Shown: positions 6,861 through 16,137 of the stretch, piece after piece
Layout of the letters: every line of letters begins with the position of its first letter
How positions within the stretch are numbered: the stretch's first letter is position 1
Source: a virus
Direction: 5' to 3' (one strand)
DNA length: 64,000 nt
IMG/VR virus record: IMGVR_UViG_3300034374_012521
Location: 32,001-96,000 of that record
Notes under the pieces: generated by a model
Told to the model about the DNA's origin: nothing
Database searches by the model: none
What the model saw: the letters and a program-made list of their open reading frames with translations, nothing else
Position numbers and translations under genes: made by a program

Positions 6861-8300
6861 TTAAATTATAATGTCTTTATACCTTTCAGAGAGGATAGTT
6901 TCGTTCATCACTTGGAGTGGTGAGATAATTTCACCCTTACAAATGCTTTTAAGAATTGCTGGTGAGAAACCACTTACCAAAGCTGTACCAGATTCAGTGA
7001 AAGAAACCGGCACGTTTCCACCTCGGGATTGAATATTCCAGTAGATGATGGAAGGCATTGTGTATCCTGCTTCAGCATACATCTCTCTGATCATTTCCTG
7101 TGCAGTAGGATTCCACTCTACAAGATCAGTTTTATTCCAATAAGACCTAGCCCTTGTCGCATTGTCGAATTCCATGTCGGAGAGGATCAAGATCTTCGTT
7201 GGCATTTCAGATGCAGGTACAGAATTTTTCACTGCCTGATCCAATATGTGTGAAAAGGTCTTTTGGAGATCTGTGTTCATACCCCAAGCAGCTCTAGATA
7301 ATTGCGAAAACCTCGACTTTAAATCACCCTTCAGTATTTGAATCTCTGGGTTAGCAGAGAAAGTTACAAAAGAGTCCTTAAACGCTCCCTCGTTTCTTTC
7401 AGAAATGTACATCCCTAAAGAGATTGCAACATCCAAGCAGTTAACATTAGAATTTCCACCAGCTGGTGTCACCATAGAACCTGAGGTGTCAACTACTGGA
7501 AGAATTCTTTCCTCGCTCCCCTCCGTGTAATCAGGAAGTGCTTTCCATTGCTCAGAGGCAAAGTCTGCATCTCCGTGTTTGAGAGTTTTGGTCACATCAT
7601 AAGGATAGACTGCAGCAGCATTTACTTTCTCCTCACCAGACCTTAGTTTCTCAAGATACAAATTATATCTCTCTGAATCATTTTTGTGAAATGCCTTGGT
7701 GTATCTTGCAGCTGCTACTGAAGGAAGCTTACCATATTCAATAGATTCCCAATCTTTAGCACACATAGCCTGCTCGACAACATTTGTGAGGCCGACCAGT
7801 GTCTTTCTATATTGCTTAGGCGTGAATCCTAAGAAATTTCTTAGCCTGTTTGCTACCGGACCCTTTCTAGGCATCCATTTAGCACAAAGCCCATTTTCGC
7901 TTTCGAGACCACTCTTTATTAGATCTAATGCAGGTGCTTCGAGCTTGGTGCCAATTAAAGTAAGCAAATCGTCCCACCTTCCATATTCTGGGATGAGATG
8001 TAGGTTTTTTCCTAGTATCTCTGGGTTGTCGCTTGCTAAATATGTAATAATATCCTTGAAGATCTGTCTTTCTCCTGCTCCGCCTCTGATGTCTCTTACC
8101 CAAAAAAGAATTCTCATGGCTGTAAGTGGATCCTCGTGAAACGCAAGTGAGAAGTTTGCAATAAGTCTTTGCTTATCCTGCCCTCTCATAGCACCAATCA
8201 TGAAGAATAAATCTACACAAGCATTCAAAGAAGATGAATTGGTTGTCATCCCATTTTCTGTGGTGGTGTTCTTGGTTCTAAGTGCGTCTACAAGTTTCAT
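6861..8300 (-). CDS. DUF2828 family protein (TROVE/Ro60-like helical domain plus C-terminal VWA)
   Basis: TTENG, RDIRGGAGER, YGRWDDL, AKWMPR, VWA MIDAS DTSGSM, ILSDMEFD, VSGFS. Confidence 0.85.
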   Translation of the reverse strand: MKLVDALRTKNTTTENGMTTNSSSLNACVDLFFMIGAMRGQDKQRLIANFSLAFHEDPLTAMRILFWVRDIRGGAGERQIFKDIITYLASDNPEILGKNLHLIPEYGRWDDLLTLIGTKLEAPALDLIKSGLESENGLCAKWMPRKGPVANRLRNFLGFTPKQYRKTLVGLTNVVEQAMCAKDWESIEYGKLPSVAAARYTKAFHKNDSERYNLYLEKLRSGEEKVNAAAVYPYDVTKTLKHGDADFASEQWKALPDYTEGSEERILPVVDTSGSMVTPAGGNSNVNCLDVAISLGMYISERNEGAFKDSFVTFSANPEIQILKGDLKSRFSQLSRAAWGMNTDLQKTFSHILDQAVKNSVPASEMPTKILILSDMEFDNATRARSYWNKTDLVEWNPTAQEMIREMYAEAGYTMPSIIYWNIQSRGGNVPVSFTESGTALVSGFSPAILKSICKGEIISPLQVMNETILSERYKDIII

Positions 8301-8413
8301 ATTACCGATTTTGGACTTTATATACCTCTAAATGTTAGTTGTTTCTTATTTTTTGTAATGACAGCGCAAGATTAATTGGATATCCCGAGCTAAAAAAATA
8401 TTTCCGAAAAATT

Positions 8414-9856
8414 CTAAAACCTTTTCAGTACATAAAGCTTTTTACTTGCTCTAGTGTAAGCTGTATACTTGATTCTGTTTCTTTCTATGACATCCCAATT
8501 CATCTCAATATCATCCTCCATTACAAAGGATGTTTCGTAGGTACTACCCTGGGACTTGTGTGCGGTTATACAATAAGCATAGGAAACATCAGCGAATTCT
8601 CTGAGAAAATCATAGTAAGCAAGCCATGACTTGTCCTTTCCTTTCTTCTGGATTGCTATATTCTTAAGAATGTTTGCTACTCTTTTAAAATCATATTCAC
8701 TATCCTCGTGCAGAATCTCAATTGTGTCTTCATGTCTTGAATTGTTGTCATCCAAAAACCAAACACGAGTTTCATAGTATTTAAGATCCACCTCCAAATC
8801 TTCAACCTTAGCTTTCTGAGTTTTAATTTCAAATGAATCAACAGTGAATTCATCGTTGGTGTTGAAAACCACCATTCCATTCACAATATAGGGGCTATTG
8901 ATAATCAGTTTTTCTCCAACCAATATCTTTTCTCCTATTTGCTCCTCCCCGTAGATCACTCTTCTAACTAAGGTGTTCATGGTTGACACCGTTTTATTCC
9001 TCCAAGCTATTACCTTAGCATATTCGGAGTCTTCCTCGAAGCTTTTGGTTTTGAAATACTTTTCCATGTAAGAGGAAATGTTTTTCCTTACCCCAGGATC
9101 TCCAAGATTTAGAAATTCAATACCTTCCCCCGATTTATTAGTTATGGTCTGTGGTAGAATACCAGAATCTGGCTCGTTAATATTTTCACGGATCTTTACA
9201 GAAGAACTAATAATCGGGTTGTCAAGCTTTTGTCTCATGATGGTCTTCAGATCCAAAGTCTTAATTTCATATTCCTCTGCAAGCTCTTCTCTAAAAGGTA
9301 TACAATCTGGTTTCCCAACAGGTGGGATCTGTGCAGGATCACCCATGCATATTACCTTTATATTTTCCCTGTGCTTAATTATTTTTTCAAAGAGATCATC
9401 ATTCAACATGGAGACCTCATCGATTATTAGAAGCTTAATTTTCGATATCTTCGGCTGAAATCCAGGATCCTTGACAAACTCCTGCTTCCCGTCAAGTGTT
9501 ATCTTCTCCTTTAATCCAAGTAGCTTGTGAATGGTTTGGAAAGAGACCCGAGTGTCGTGTATATCAGACGATCTACGAATGACCCTGACTGATTTATTAG
9601 TTGGACCAGTAACGGCAATTCTATACCACCCCTTATCCCGATAAAGCTCCGTTAAAAGGTAGTTCACTAAAAGACTTACGCAAAATGTTTTACCAGTCCC
9701 AGCCCAACCTCTAAGCACATAGATGGATCTGTCAGTTGGGTTCCTAACATAATTTACAAGCTTCCCAAATGCCAGCCTTTGGTCGCCATTTAATATCGAG
9801 GTATCTACTGTTTTTGTTTTAGTGCCCAAACTTTCAAATTTATTATGGGAGGTCAA
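8414..9856 (-). CDS. dda: Dda/RecD-like SF1B DNA helicase
   Basis: GWAGTGKT, TIHKLLG, IIDEVSM, GDPAQIPPV, TAHKSQGSTY, YTAYTRA. Confidence 0.9.
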   Translation of the reverse strand: MTSHNKFESLGTKTKTVDTSILNGDQRLAFGKLVNYVRNPTDRSIYVLRGWAGTGKTFCVSLLVNYLLTELYRDKGWYRIAVTGPTNKSVRVIRRSSDIHDTRVSFQTIHKLLGLKEKITLDGKQEFVKDPGFQPKISKIKLLIIDEVSMLNDDLFEKIIKHRENIKVICMGDPAQIPPVGKPDCIPFREELAEEYEIKTLDLKTIMRQKLDNPIISSSVKIRENINEPDSGILPQTITNKSGEGIEFLNLGDPGVRKNISSYMEKYFKTKSFEEDSEYAKVIAWRNKTVSTMNTLVRRVIYGEEQIGEKILVGEKLIINSPYIVNGMVVFNTNDEFTVDSFEIKTQKAKVEDLEVDLKYYETRVWFLDDNNSRHEDTIEILHEDSEYDFKRVANILKNIAIQKKGKDKSWLAYYDFLREFADVSYAYCITAHKSQGSTYETSFVMEDDIEMNWDVIERNRIKYTAYTRASKKLYVLKRF

Positions 9857-9883
9857 TTAAAAATACCTTACAGAATTTCTCAC

Positions 9884-10186
9884 CTACCATTTTGATTCTC
9901 CGTTTTTACAAACCATTTCATCTACTACTGTTTCTTTACGACTATCCCTTGGTATTTCTGGACAGAGTACATTTCTCACAAAGTCTTGTGCCTCTTTAAG
10001 AGTCTTAAAAGTAGTTCTCACTTTATAACAGTCACCATATCCGCAAGTCTCATGCTTTATATCTTTCCAATAGGACCACCATAAGAACTTTTTCCATTCT
10101 TGGATGTAGTAATACTCATTGGAGAGATTTCCCTTCTCGTCAAAGTATTCGTAGTGTTTGATTAAGAAATTGGCTTGTGCTTTCAT
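9884..10186 (-). CDS. hypothetical protein
   Basis: ORF in a tightly packed operon. Confidence 0.7.
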   Translation of the reverse strand: MKAQANFLIKHYEYFDEKGNLSNEYYYIQEWKKFLWWSYWKDIKHETCGYGDCYKVRTTFKTLKEAQDFVRNVLCPEIPRDSRKETVVDEMVCKNGESKW

Positions 10187-10188
10187 AT

Positions 10189-10683
10189 TTAACTAAAATC
10201 AGTTGAACTACACACTCTTAGGCCATCAATCTCACGATCATAATATCTAGGATCGTTAAACAGGGAACTCCTTTCGTTGTTTTTATAATATTCAGCATCA
10301 ACAGTCAAACCATTAGGCCCTCCCCACTCAAATGCCATATCTAAGAATGCTTGAGGTTCCTCCTCTGCACCGTACTCATCAACTACCCGACCACTCTTGA
10401 CAAAATCGATTAATTGTTGCTTATTGGAATAATACTTATTGTCGTGGAAGTTCCAGCAGAATTTCCACCCCATACTACGTTTTCCAAGGTGAATATTAGA
10501 TCCTTCGATAAACTCATCCCATGGGTTCATTGGACTCCACTCGTCTTCTGGGTCGTCAATGTACCTAAACCTGTCAGCTATAAGATCTGGTGTCATCTTG
10601 AGACCGATAAGCCTTGTCCGGAGTCTGTCCCTGCGCTCCTCCATTTCTGATTCAGTCGGAATTCTATAATAGTTTGTTCCCAT
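10189..10683 (-). CDS. hypothetical phage protein
   Basis: MGTNYY...IHLGKRSMGWKF...DEYG pattern typical of a phage hypothetical family. Confidence 0.75.
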   Translation of the reverse strand: MGTNYYRIPTESEMEERRDRLRTRLIGLKMTPDLIADRFRYIDDPEDEWSPMNPWDEFIEGSNIHLGKRSMGWKFCWNFHDNKYYSNKQQLIDFVKSGRVVDEYGAEEEPQAFLDMAFEWGGPNGLTVDAEYYKNNERSSLFNDPRYYDREIDGLRVCSSTDFS

Positions 10684-10714
10684 ATTTTACCTTACTGTTC
10701 TATTTCGATGCTTA

Positions 10715-11476
10715 TCAAATCTCGAATATATTTTTATCTGGATCTTTATCTTCGTTTTTTTCTGGGTGTTTCCAAATAGCAGCGTGTTGGCTACTCTTTT
10801 CATCATCCGGTCTGTCTTTAGTAAAATAATAAAGAGCAAGAGAAATTCTTGATTCCTCCGATGGACAAGCTAATGGCTCTGGGTGTCCATGGAAAGCGTC
10901 ATCTGTTATGTTGAAAATAACAGCCCTGTTAAAAACTGGAGGAATTGATTTTACACAATTTTTCAAGTCCTTATCCCAAAGCTCGAGGTTGCCGCCCCAA
11001 GATTTATCCCAATTTTCATTTAGATAGAGGAGTAAATTTATTCTCCTGTGTAATCCAGTATCTGGATGGATGTTATAATCAGCGTGAATGGAAAGTTTTC
11101 CTTCACGCATTATTTTGTGAACCCCACCACCGATGAAATTAGGATCTGGGATTAAGCCTTTTATGCCAGTTAGATCCTCTAGGAACCTCAGGGTCGTATC
11201 AGAGTTAAGAAAGCTTAGGATTTCATAAGTTGCTGGGGCATATAATTTTATATCCTGGATATTATCCTCACACCAAGGGGTAAAAAACTTATTAACCTGA
11301 TTTCCCTCAGAATACTTTGAGGGATCATAGCCCCAATATTGATATTTTCCCATCTCATTAGCAGATTGCCTTAACTTCACCCCATCAACAACAAAATTGT
11401 CGATAACTGTGTGTGGAAAGGGATAAGCTATTGAATACCCAAAACTAATACTTTGGGTCAATTGGGAATCTATCAT
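10715..11476 (-). CDS. 2OG-Fe(II) oxygenase
   Basis: GGGVH, HADYN, GGNLELW, FNRAVIF, HGHP, RISLALYY. Confidence 0.9.
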   Translation of the reverse strand: MIDSQLTQSISFGYSIAYPFPHTVIDNFVVDGVKLRQSANEMGKYQYWGYDPSKYSEGNQVNKFFTPWCEDNIQDIKLYAPATYEILSFLNSDTTLRFLEDLTGIKGLIPDPNFIGGGVHKIMREGKLSIHADYNIHPDTGLHRRINLLLYLNENWDKSWGGNLELWDKDLKNCVKSIPPVFNRAVIFNITDDAFHGHPEPLACPSEESRISLALYYFTKDRPDDEKSSQHAAIWKHPEKNEDKDPDKNIFEI

Positions 11477-12147
11477 TTATTTTTTGGTTTGTTCTTAATC
11501 ACATCATCTATGATTCCATATTTAACAGCTTCTTTAGCATCCATCCAAAAATCCCTACTTGCGTCTTCAGCAACTTGCTTTGGGTCCTTGTCGCAATAAT
11601 CACCTAGCAATTCGAATAGAATCTTATTATATTTCTCCCATTCTTCAAAATCAATCTTCGCATCCTGGATGTTACCACTAAAGCCGCCAGAGGATTGATG
11701 GAGCATTACTTTGGAGAACCTCAAAGAATATCTTTTACCTTTTGTGCCAGCACCAAGAAGAATAGATCCCATTGAAGCAGCCATACCGGTATTAACAGTA
11801 ATAATATCAGATTTGATGTAATCCATAACATCTACCATAGAAAGTCCAGATTTAACAGACCCTCCAGGTGAATCGATGTGCATAGTAATGTCCTTACTGT
11901 CTATGGAATCTAAAAACATTAGTTGTGCTTGGACTATTGTTGACATTTTATCATTAACTGGACCGGCAACCCAAAGAAGCCTATCCATCATTAATCTTGA
12001 GAAAATATCCATTTGGGTAGCCCTCAGTTCCCTCTCTTCTAAAATGTATGGGGTTAAAGAACCCTCGACAAATCTCGAATAATTGTGTACATCGAGTGAA
12101 CCAATGTTATGTTCACTCATCGCATATTTTTCAAATTCTTTTCTCAT
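11473..12147 (-). CDS. clpP: ATP-dependent Clp protease proteolytic subunit
   Basis: DSPGGSV, AASMGS (Ser), MLHQ (His), RDFWM (Asp), YGIID. Confidence 0.95.
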   Translation of the reverse strand: MRKEFEKYAMSEHNIGSLDVHNYSRFVEGSLTPYILEERELRATQMDIFSRLMMDRLLWVAGPVNDKMSTIVQAQLMFLDSIDSKDITMHIDSPGGSVKSGLSMVDVMDYIKSDIITVNTGMAASMGSILLGAGTKGKRYSLRFSKVMLHQSSGGFSGNIQDAKIDFEEWEKYNKILFELLGDYCDKDPKQVAEDASRDFWMDAKEAVKYGIIDDVIKNKPKNK

Positions 12148-12722
12148 ATTTCTTTTTTAAGCTTTCCTGTTGTTTGACTGTGAGGGATAAACTCCCAAAG
12201 ATTTATTGCTATTGCTTTACGTGTTCCCGCAGTTACCTGAGACACCCCATGTGGAACTGTACCAGCATCAAATATTACAAGTCTATTTGATTTCGCATAA
12301 ATCCTTTCCGGTTCTTTATCAAGACCCTCTGAAAAGATTTCCAACATTCCACCGTCAAATTCTTGCTGTGGTGGATAATACACTGTTCCAATTTGGGCAA
12401 ATTGGATTTCTCTAGTCTCTGAGAACAGCTCTTCATCTTTATCAAAGTGAACATCTAGTTTGTCTTGATAATTATTCTCTGGATCTGCTGAAAGAATACC
12501 AGTCCAATACTCAAAACCAGCAACATTGAATACTTTACTAATTGGACAGCTATCGCCCCAGATGTATTTTATCAGTCTTTTTTTTAGTGTATCTGGCGGA
12601 GAACTCCACCATCCTTCCCAAAAGAAATAATTTTCACCCGCATCTTTGAAGAAATCCTTGTCTGATGCAATTTCTGCCAATAGATCCTCGTCCTTAATAT
12701 AGTTGTCAATAACTACTATCAC
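12144..12722 (-). CDS. 2OG-Fe(II) oxygenase
   Basis: HFDKDE, GGMLE, NRLVIFD, HGV, RKAIAIN. Confidence 0.85.
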   Translation of the reverse strand: MIVVIDNYIKDEDLLAEIASDKDFFKDAGENYFFWEGWWSSPPDTLKKRLIKYIWGDSCPISKVFNVAGFEYWTGILSADPENNYQDKLDVHFDKDEELFSETREIQFAQIGTVYYPPQQEFDGGMLEIFSEGLDKEPERIYAKSNRLVIFDAGTVPHGVSQVTAGTRKAIAINLWEFIPHSQTTGKLKKEI

Positions 12723-12989
12723 TTAATATTCTAGTTTGAAAGGCTCTTTTATCCCGGTTTCCCTGTTGATAAAATAGCGATCGTTTCCGCTATTAATATT
12801 ACCCTGTAAGTGATAAATTATTTCCCTTGCTGCCTTTAATTCTTCTAAAACATCAAGGATATTTACCTTATGATTTTTGGATATTGTTAAATCCTCAATA
12901 TCACCAATAGCTGAATTTACCTTTGCCCCTGCTTCTTGGAGCATATATTTTACGTTTTCCATTTTATACAGTTTTGGATTATACCTCAA
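12723..12989 (-). CDS. hypothetical protein
   Basis: ORF in operon. Confidence 0.6.
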   Translation of the reverse strand: MRYNPKLYKMENVKYMLQEAGAKVNSAIGDIEDLTISKNHKVNILDVLEELKAAREIIYHLQGNINSGNDRYFINRETGIKEPFKLEY

Positions 12990-13019
12990 AACTACCAGGA
13001 AGTAACGAAGAAAAAAAAT

Positions 13020-13343
13020 TTAAATGAGGGAATTGTTAACAGATCTGTGAGCTACCCCGCCCACACCAGCAATTCCGCTATATAAAGAATACACATTCTT
13101 TATTGTGCTATCCCACGGAAATTGGGATTCAGAGAGTCTGAGCATGGGCTTTACAGATACAAGATGATTTTCACCCATTACATCAGAGAACTTACACCTC
13201 AGTGTGCATTTGCCGTGTACTGGACAAACACAATGTATGTAAACAACACCATCCCCAGATGGCTTTTGAAAAAAATCGGAGAAGTGGGTATCAAAACCCT
13301 CCTTCTCCTTTAAATATGATTGTAATTCTTCTAAGAACTTCAT
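13020..13343 (-). CDS. hypothetical protein
   Basis: ORF in operon with an HCVCPVH Cys/His cluster. Confidence 0.6.
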   Translation of the reverse strand: MKFLEELQSYLKEKEGFDTHFSDFFQKPSGDGVVYIHCVCPVHGKCTLRCKFSDVMGENHLVSVKPMLRLSESQFPWDSTIKNVYSLYSGIAGVGGVAHRSVNNSLI

Positions 13344-13348
13344 TAGGA

Positions 13349-13651
13349 TTAAACCATATATTCATTGACCCATTCTTGGACCTTAGCCTGTGGCATTGCC
13401 CCAGTTTTCATAGAAACCTCTTTTCCGTCTTTGAAAATAGTCATAGTTGGGATGCTCCTGATTCCTCTTTCAGCAGTAATCTCTCTGGATTCATCAACAT
13501 TTACCTTGACAACTTTAAGGTTTGGGTTTGCCTCGTCAATCCTTTCCAAAACTGGACCTAACATTTTACAGGGTCCGCACCAAGGTGCCCAAAAATCAAC
13601 TAGGATGTTTCCTCCTGCTTCAAGCTCCTGATTAAATTCTTCTATCGTCAT
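13349..13651 (-). CDS. trxA: thioredoxin
   Basis: DFWAPWCGPCK, IRSIPT. Confidence 0.95.
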   Translation of the reverse strand: MTIEEFNQELEAGGNILVDFWAPWCGPCKMLGPVLERIDEANPNLKVVKVNVDESREITAERGIRSIPTMTIFKDGKEVSMKTGAMPQAKVQEWVNEYMV

Positions 13652-13696
13652 AATTTATATTTATTACTTATAGTTGTTCTTTGTTGGATTATTCCA

Positions 13697-14017
13697 CTAA
13701 ATTAAAATGGTCTGTACCATATCTGGTTGTGTCCGGTATGTAATTTGGGGATTTGGAGACATAATAACAGATATCCCATCTGAGAGGTTATGAAGGCTAG
13801 ATATGTAATTCATTACGTCGTCCCTTTTCTCTGGTGGAAACTTGTATGTTGACATTACATCATCAACTATCTTATCCAATGAATTTTCAAATTCTGCAGG
13901 ATCGTGGAACTTAAAATACTTCTCATATTTCTTAACAAAATCCCTAATCATAGCCTGCTCTGGTTGGGTTAAGGATAGGTCAGACATAAAGTCGTCAAAC
14001 TCTCTAATTAATCTCAT
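13697..14017 (-). CDS. hypothetical protein with N-terminal CTS-like motif
   Basis: MRLIREFDDF. Confidence 0.7.
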   Translation of the reverse strand: MRLIREFDDFMSDLSLTQPEQAMIRDFVKKYEKYFKFHDPAEFENSLDKIVDDVMSTYKFPPEKRDDVMNYISSLHNLSDGISVIMSPNPQITYRTQPDMVQTILI

Positions 14018-14064
14018 AGCCGAAACACTTATTGTTTTACCTGATATATATTCAATAACACTAA

Positions 14065-14424
14065 TTGATAATCGAAATGTCTACAGAAGAAAGAGATACA
14101 CAAATTGAGGATCAAGTTGATTTCACACAAGAACAATCACCCGAACAGGAAGAACTTACACCAGAGGTAAATGATTTTGATGAAACTGGCGGAGAGGAAA
14201 CAGGATCTGAAATGCCTGAAATTCCTACAGATTCTACAGAAACTTCGGAGCTACCACAAATAGACCAGGCAGATTCTATTGAACAGACGGAGGAACCACA
14301 TACACCACCAGTCCAAGAAACCCCAATTGAAATCAGTCCGGAACAGCCAATTCAGCAATCACAAGAAACCTCATCACCCGGTAGAGTAATGAGGTTTGAG
14401 GATTTCGTTAATAACAGGGATTAA
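14065..14424 (+). CDS. acidic low-complexity protein (true start probably 14077)
   Basis: E/Q/T/P-rich, C-terminal RVMRFEDF; preceded by GATATATA at 14043. Confidence 0.7.
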   Translation: MIIEMSTEERDTQIEDQVDFTQEQSPEQEELTPEVNDFDETGGEETGSEMPEIPTDSTETSELPQIDQADSIEQTEEPHTPPVQETPIEISPEQPIQQSQETSSPGRVMRFEDFVNNRD

Positions 14425-14600
14425 TCTTTTTCAGACCTACCTAGGTCTCTTCTTATTAAACCCCTCACGTAATGTGATATTGAAACCGGAGGTTCTCCGG
14501 AGGTTAAAGCTTTCTTAGAAATCTTTTTACTAAGTTCTTCCAGGTCTTCTGTTGATAACAGGACCTGGATTTTTTCTGTTTTATCTTCTCCTTTTGCCAT
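14421..14600 (-). CDS. ribbon-helix-helix (CopG/Arc-like) DNA-binding protein
   Basis: Manual 59-aa translation MAKGEDKTEKIQVLLSTEDLEEL...SISHYVRGLIRRDL; below the ORF-track cutoff. Confidence 0.65.
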   Translation of the reverse strand: MAKGEDKTEKIQVLLSTEDLEELSKKISKKALTSGEPPVSISHYVRGLIRRDLGRSEKD

Positions 14601-14628
14601 AGTTGGAATTTATTTCTACTTTATATAT

Positions 14629-16122
14629 TTAATCCTCTTGATCGGAAATCTCCATAAATTCAATTCCGCCGTAAGGATCTCCTTTAGCTGCCATTGGTGA
14701 ATAGTCATTTATACTGTCAGAAACTACAAATGCTTTATGAGGGTTAACCATTACACCAAGTTTTTTCATAAGGGGTCTATTTGCTAAGAAAGGGGTACTT
14801 TTTGAAATCCTGTCGCTTGGAGCAACCTTAACTCCAGGAATCTTAACCCCGTTAAAAACAATATCCATTTTTACAATAGGTCTTACCTCTGTATCCCTGC
14901 CGATCTCGGTTTTGGTACGTCCAACAATTTTACCGCCCATTACGCTATCACCAATCTTCCAGGTGAGGTTATCACCATCCTCGGTTATTTCATCAGCATG
15001 AATTGACGAAGCAGACGATCCGTTACCCGTATCGAATTTAGCTACCATCTTACCGACCTGCGGGATCTCAATGGTTTCTAAGTAACCGACTTCGAGTTTA
15101 GCTTGGGACCAATTATCTTTTTTCAAAATGTAATTAATAACATCATCAACAATAGGTTTTCCTATTGCTTGTGAAATACCGTCTGTTCCAGGAGACGAGT
15201 TTACTTCTAAGATGTATGGTTTGTTGGTTTTAGAATCTATCATAATATCAACGCCACACCAGTGACACGAAACAGCATTTGCAGCTTCGCAAGCTATTTT
15301 TTCAATCTCCTCTGTTAATTCATATGAAGAAACTTCACCGCCTAAAGTATAATTAGTTCTGAAGTCCTTCTCAACTGCTTCTCTTTTCATTGCCCCAAGT
15401 ACCTCACAGTTTTCAGCACCAGGATTTAAGGGATCAAATTTCTTTACGATTACTTGAACCCTAACATCAAAGTTCGAATCTATCTTCTCCTGTAAAAGGA
15501 TTTCTCCATCAGGATCAAGCTTCTCGATAGTTTGGTAAACTGATTTAAGAGAAGCATATGAATCAACAATAGAAACCCCAATTCCTTGTGCTCCAGAAAG
15601 AAGTTTCATAACAACCGGGAATTCACCCCCGACTTCTTCTAATGCCCTATCAAGACCTTCTATTCCATTAACCAGAGAATATCTTGGGATTGGAAGTCCT
15701 TCTTCCTCCAGAACCTTTGAGGTAAGGTATTTACTTTCACAAATTTCAATGGATTCCAAAGTGTTGACACAAAAGTATCTAGCAGCTTCTAGATCTCTCA
15801 TTATCTGCTTAGTGTAAGAGTTTGTAATTACCCCTCTTCTAGGAATTATAGCAGTAGTCTCAGGTTTAATTAAGATCTCTTTAGTCTCGTCACCATCAGA
15901 AAATTTAACAATGTGTCCGTTGTATATTTTTTCCAACACCACATTGTTGACATTTACCACGTTACACGGTATGCCCATTTTTCCACATTCTTCAAGAAAA
16001 GATTTTGCAGTTTTGCTGGGCTTAGTCTCCCCGCTTAAAATAAGGATGTCAACCGTCCCGTTATCATTAGCTTCGTTAAGAAAAGATTCGAAATTAAGAG
16101 CAGGGGTTACCTTCTTCATCAA
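14629..16122 (-). CDS. RimK-like ATP-grasp ligase fused to a retropepsin-like (RimB/DUF785-like) protease
   Basis: PVVMK..GAQGIGV, LQEKI, DVRV, FRTN, GVDI, ILEVNSSPG; C-terminal AKFDTGN. Confidence 0.85.
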   Translation of the reverse strand: MMKKVTPALNFESFLNEANDNGTVDILILSGETKPSKTAKSFLEECGKMGIPCNVVNVNNVVLEKIYNGHIVKFSDGDETKEILIKPETTAIIPRRGVITNSYTKQIMRDLEAARYFCVNTLESIEICESKYLTSKVLEEEGLPIPRYSLVNGIEGLDRALEEVGGEFPVVMKLLSGAQGIGVSIVDSYASLKSVYQTIEKLDPDGEILLQEKIDSNFDVRVQVIVKKFDPLNPGAENCEVLGAMKREAVEKDFRTNYTLGGEVSSYELTEEIEKIACEAANAVSCHWCGVDIMIDSKTNKPYILEVNSSPGTDGISQAIGKPIVDDVINYILKKDNWSQAKLEVGYLETIEIPQVGKMVAKFDTGNGSSASSIHADEITEDGDNLTWKIGDSVMGGKIVGRTKTEIGRDTEVRPIVKMDIVFNGVKIPGVKVAPSDRISKSTPFLANRPLMKKLGVMVNPHKAFVVSDSINDYSPMAAKGDPYGGIEFMEISDQED

Positions 16123-16137
16123 GACAAATAATTTATC

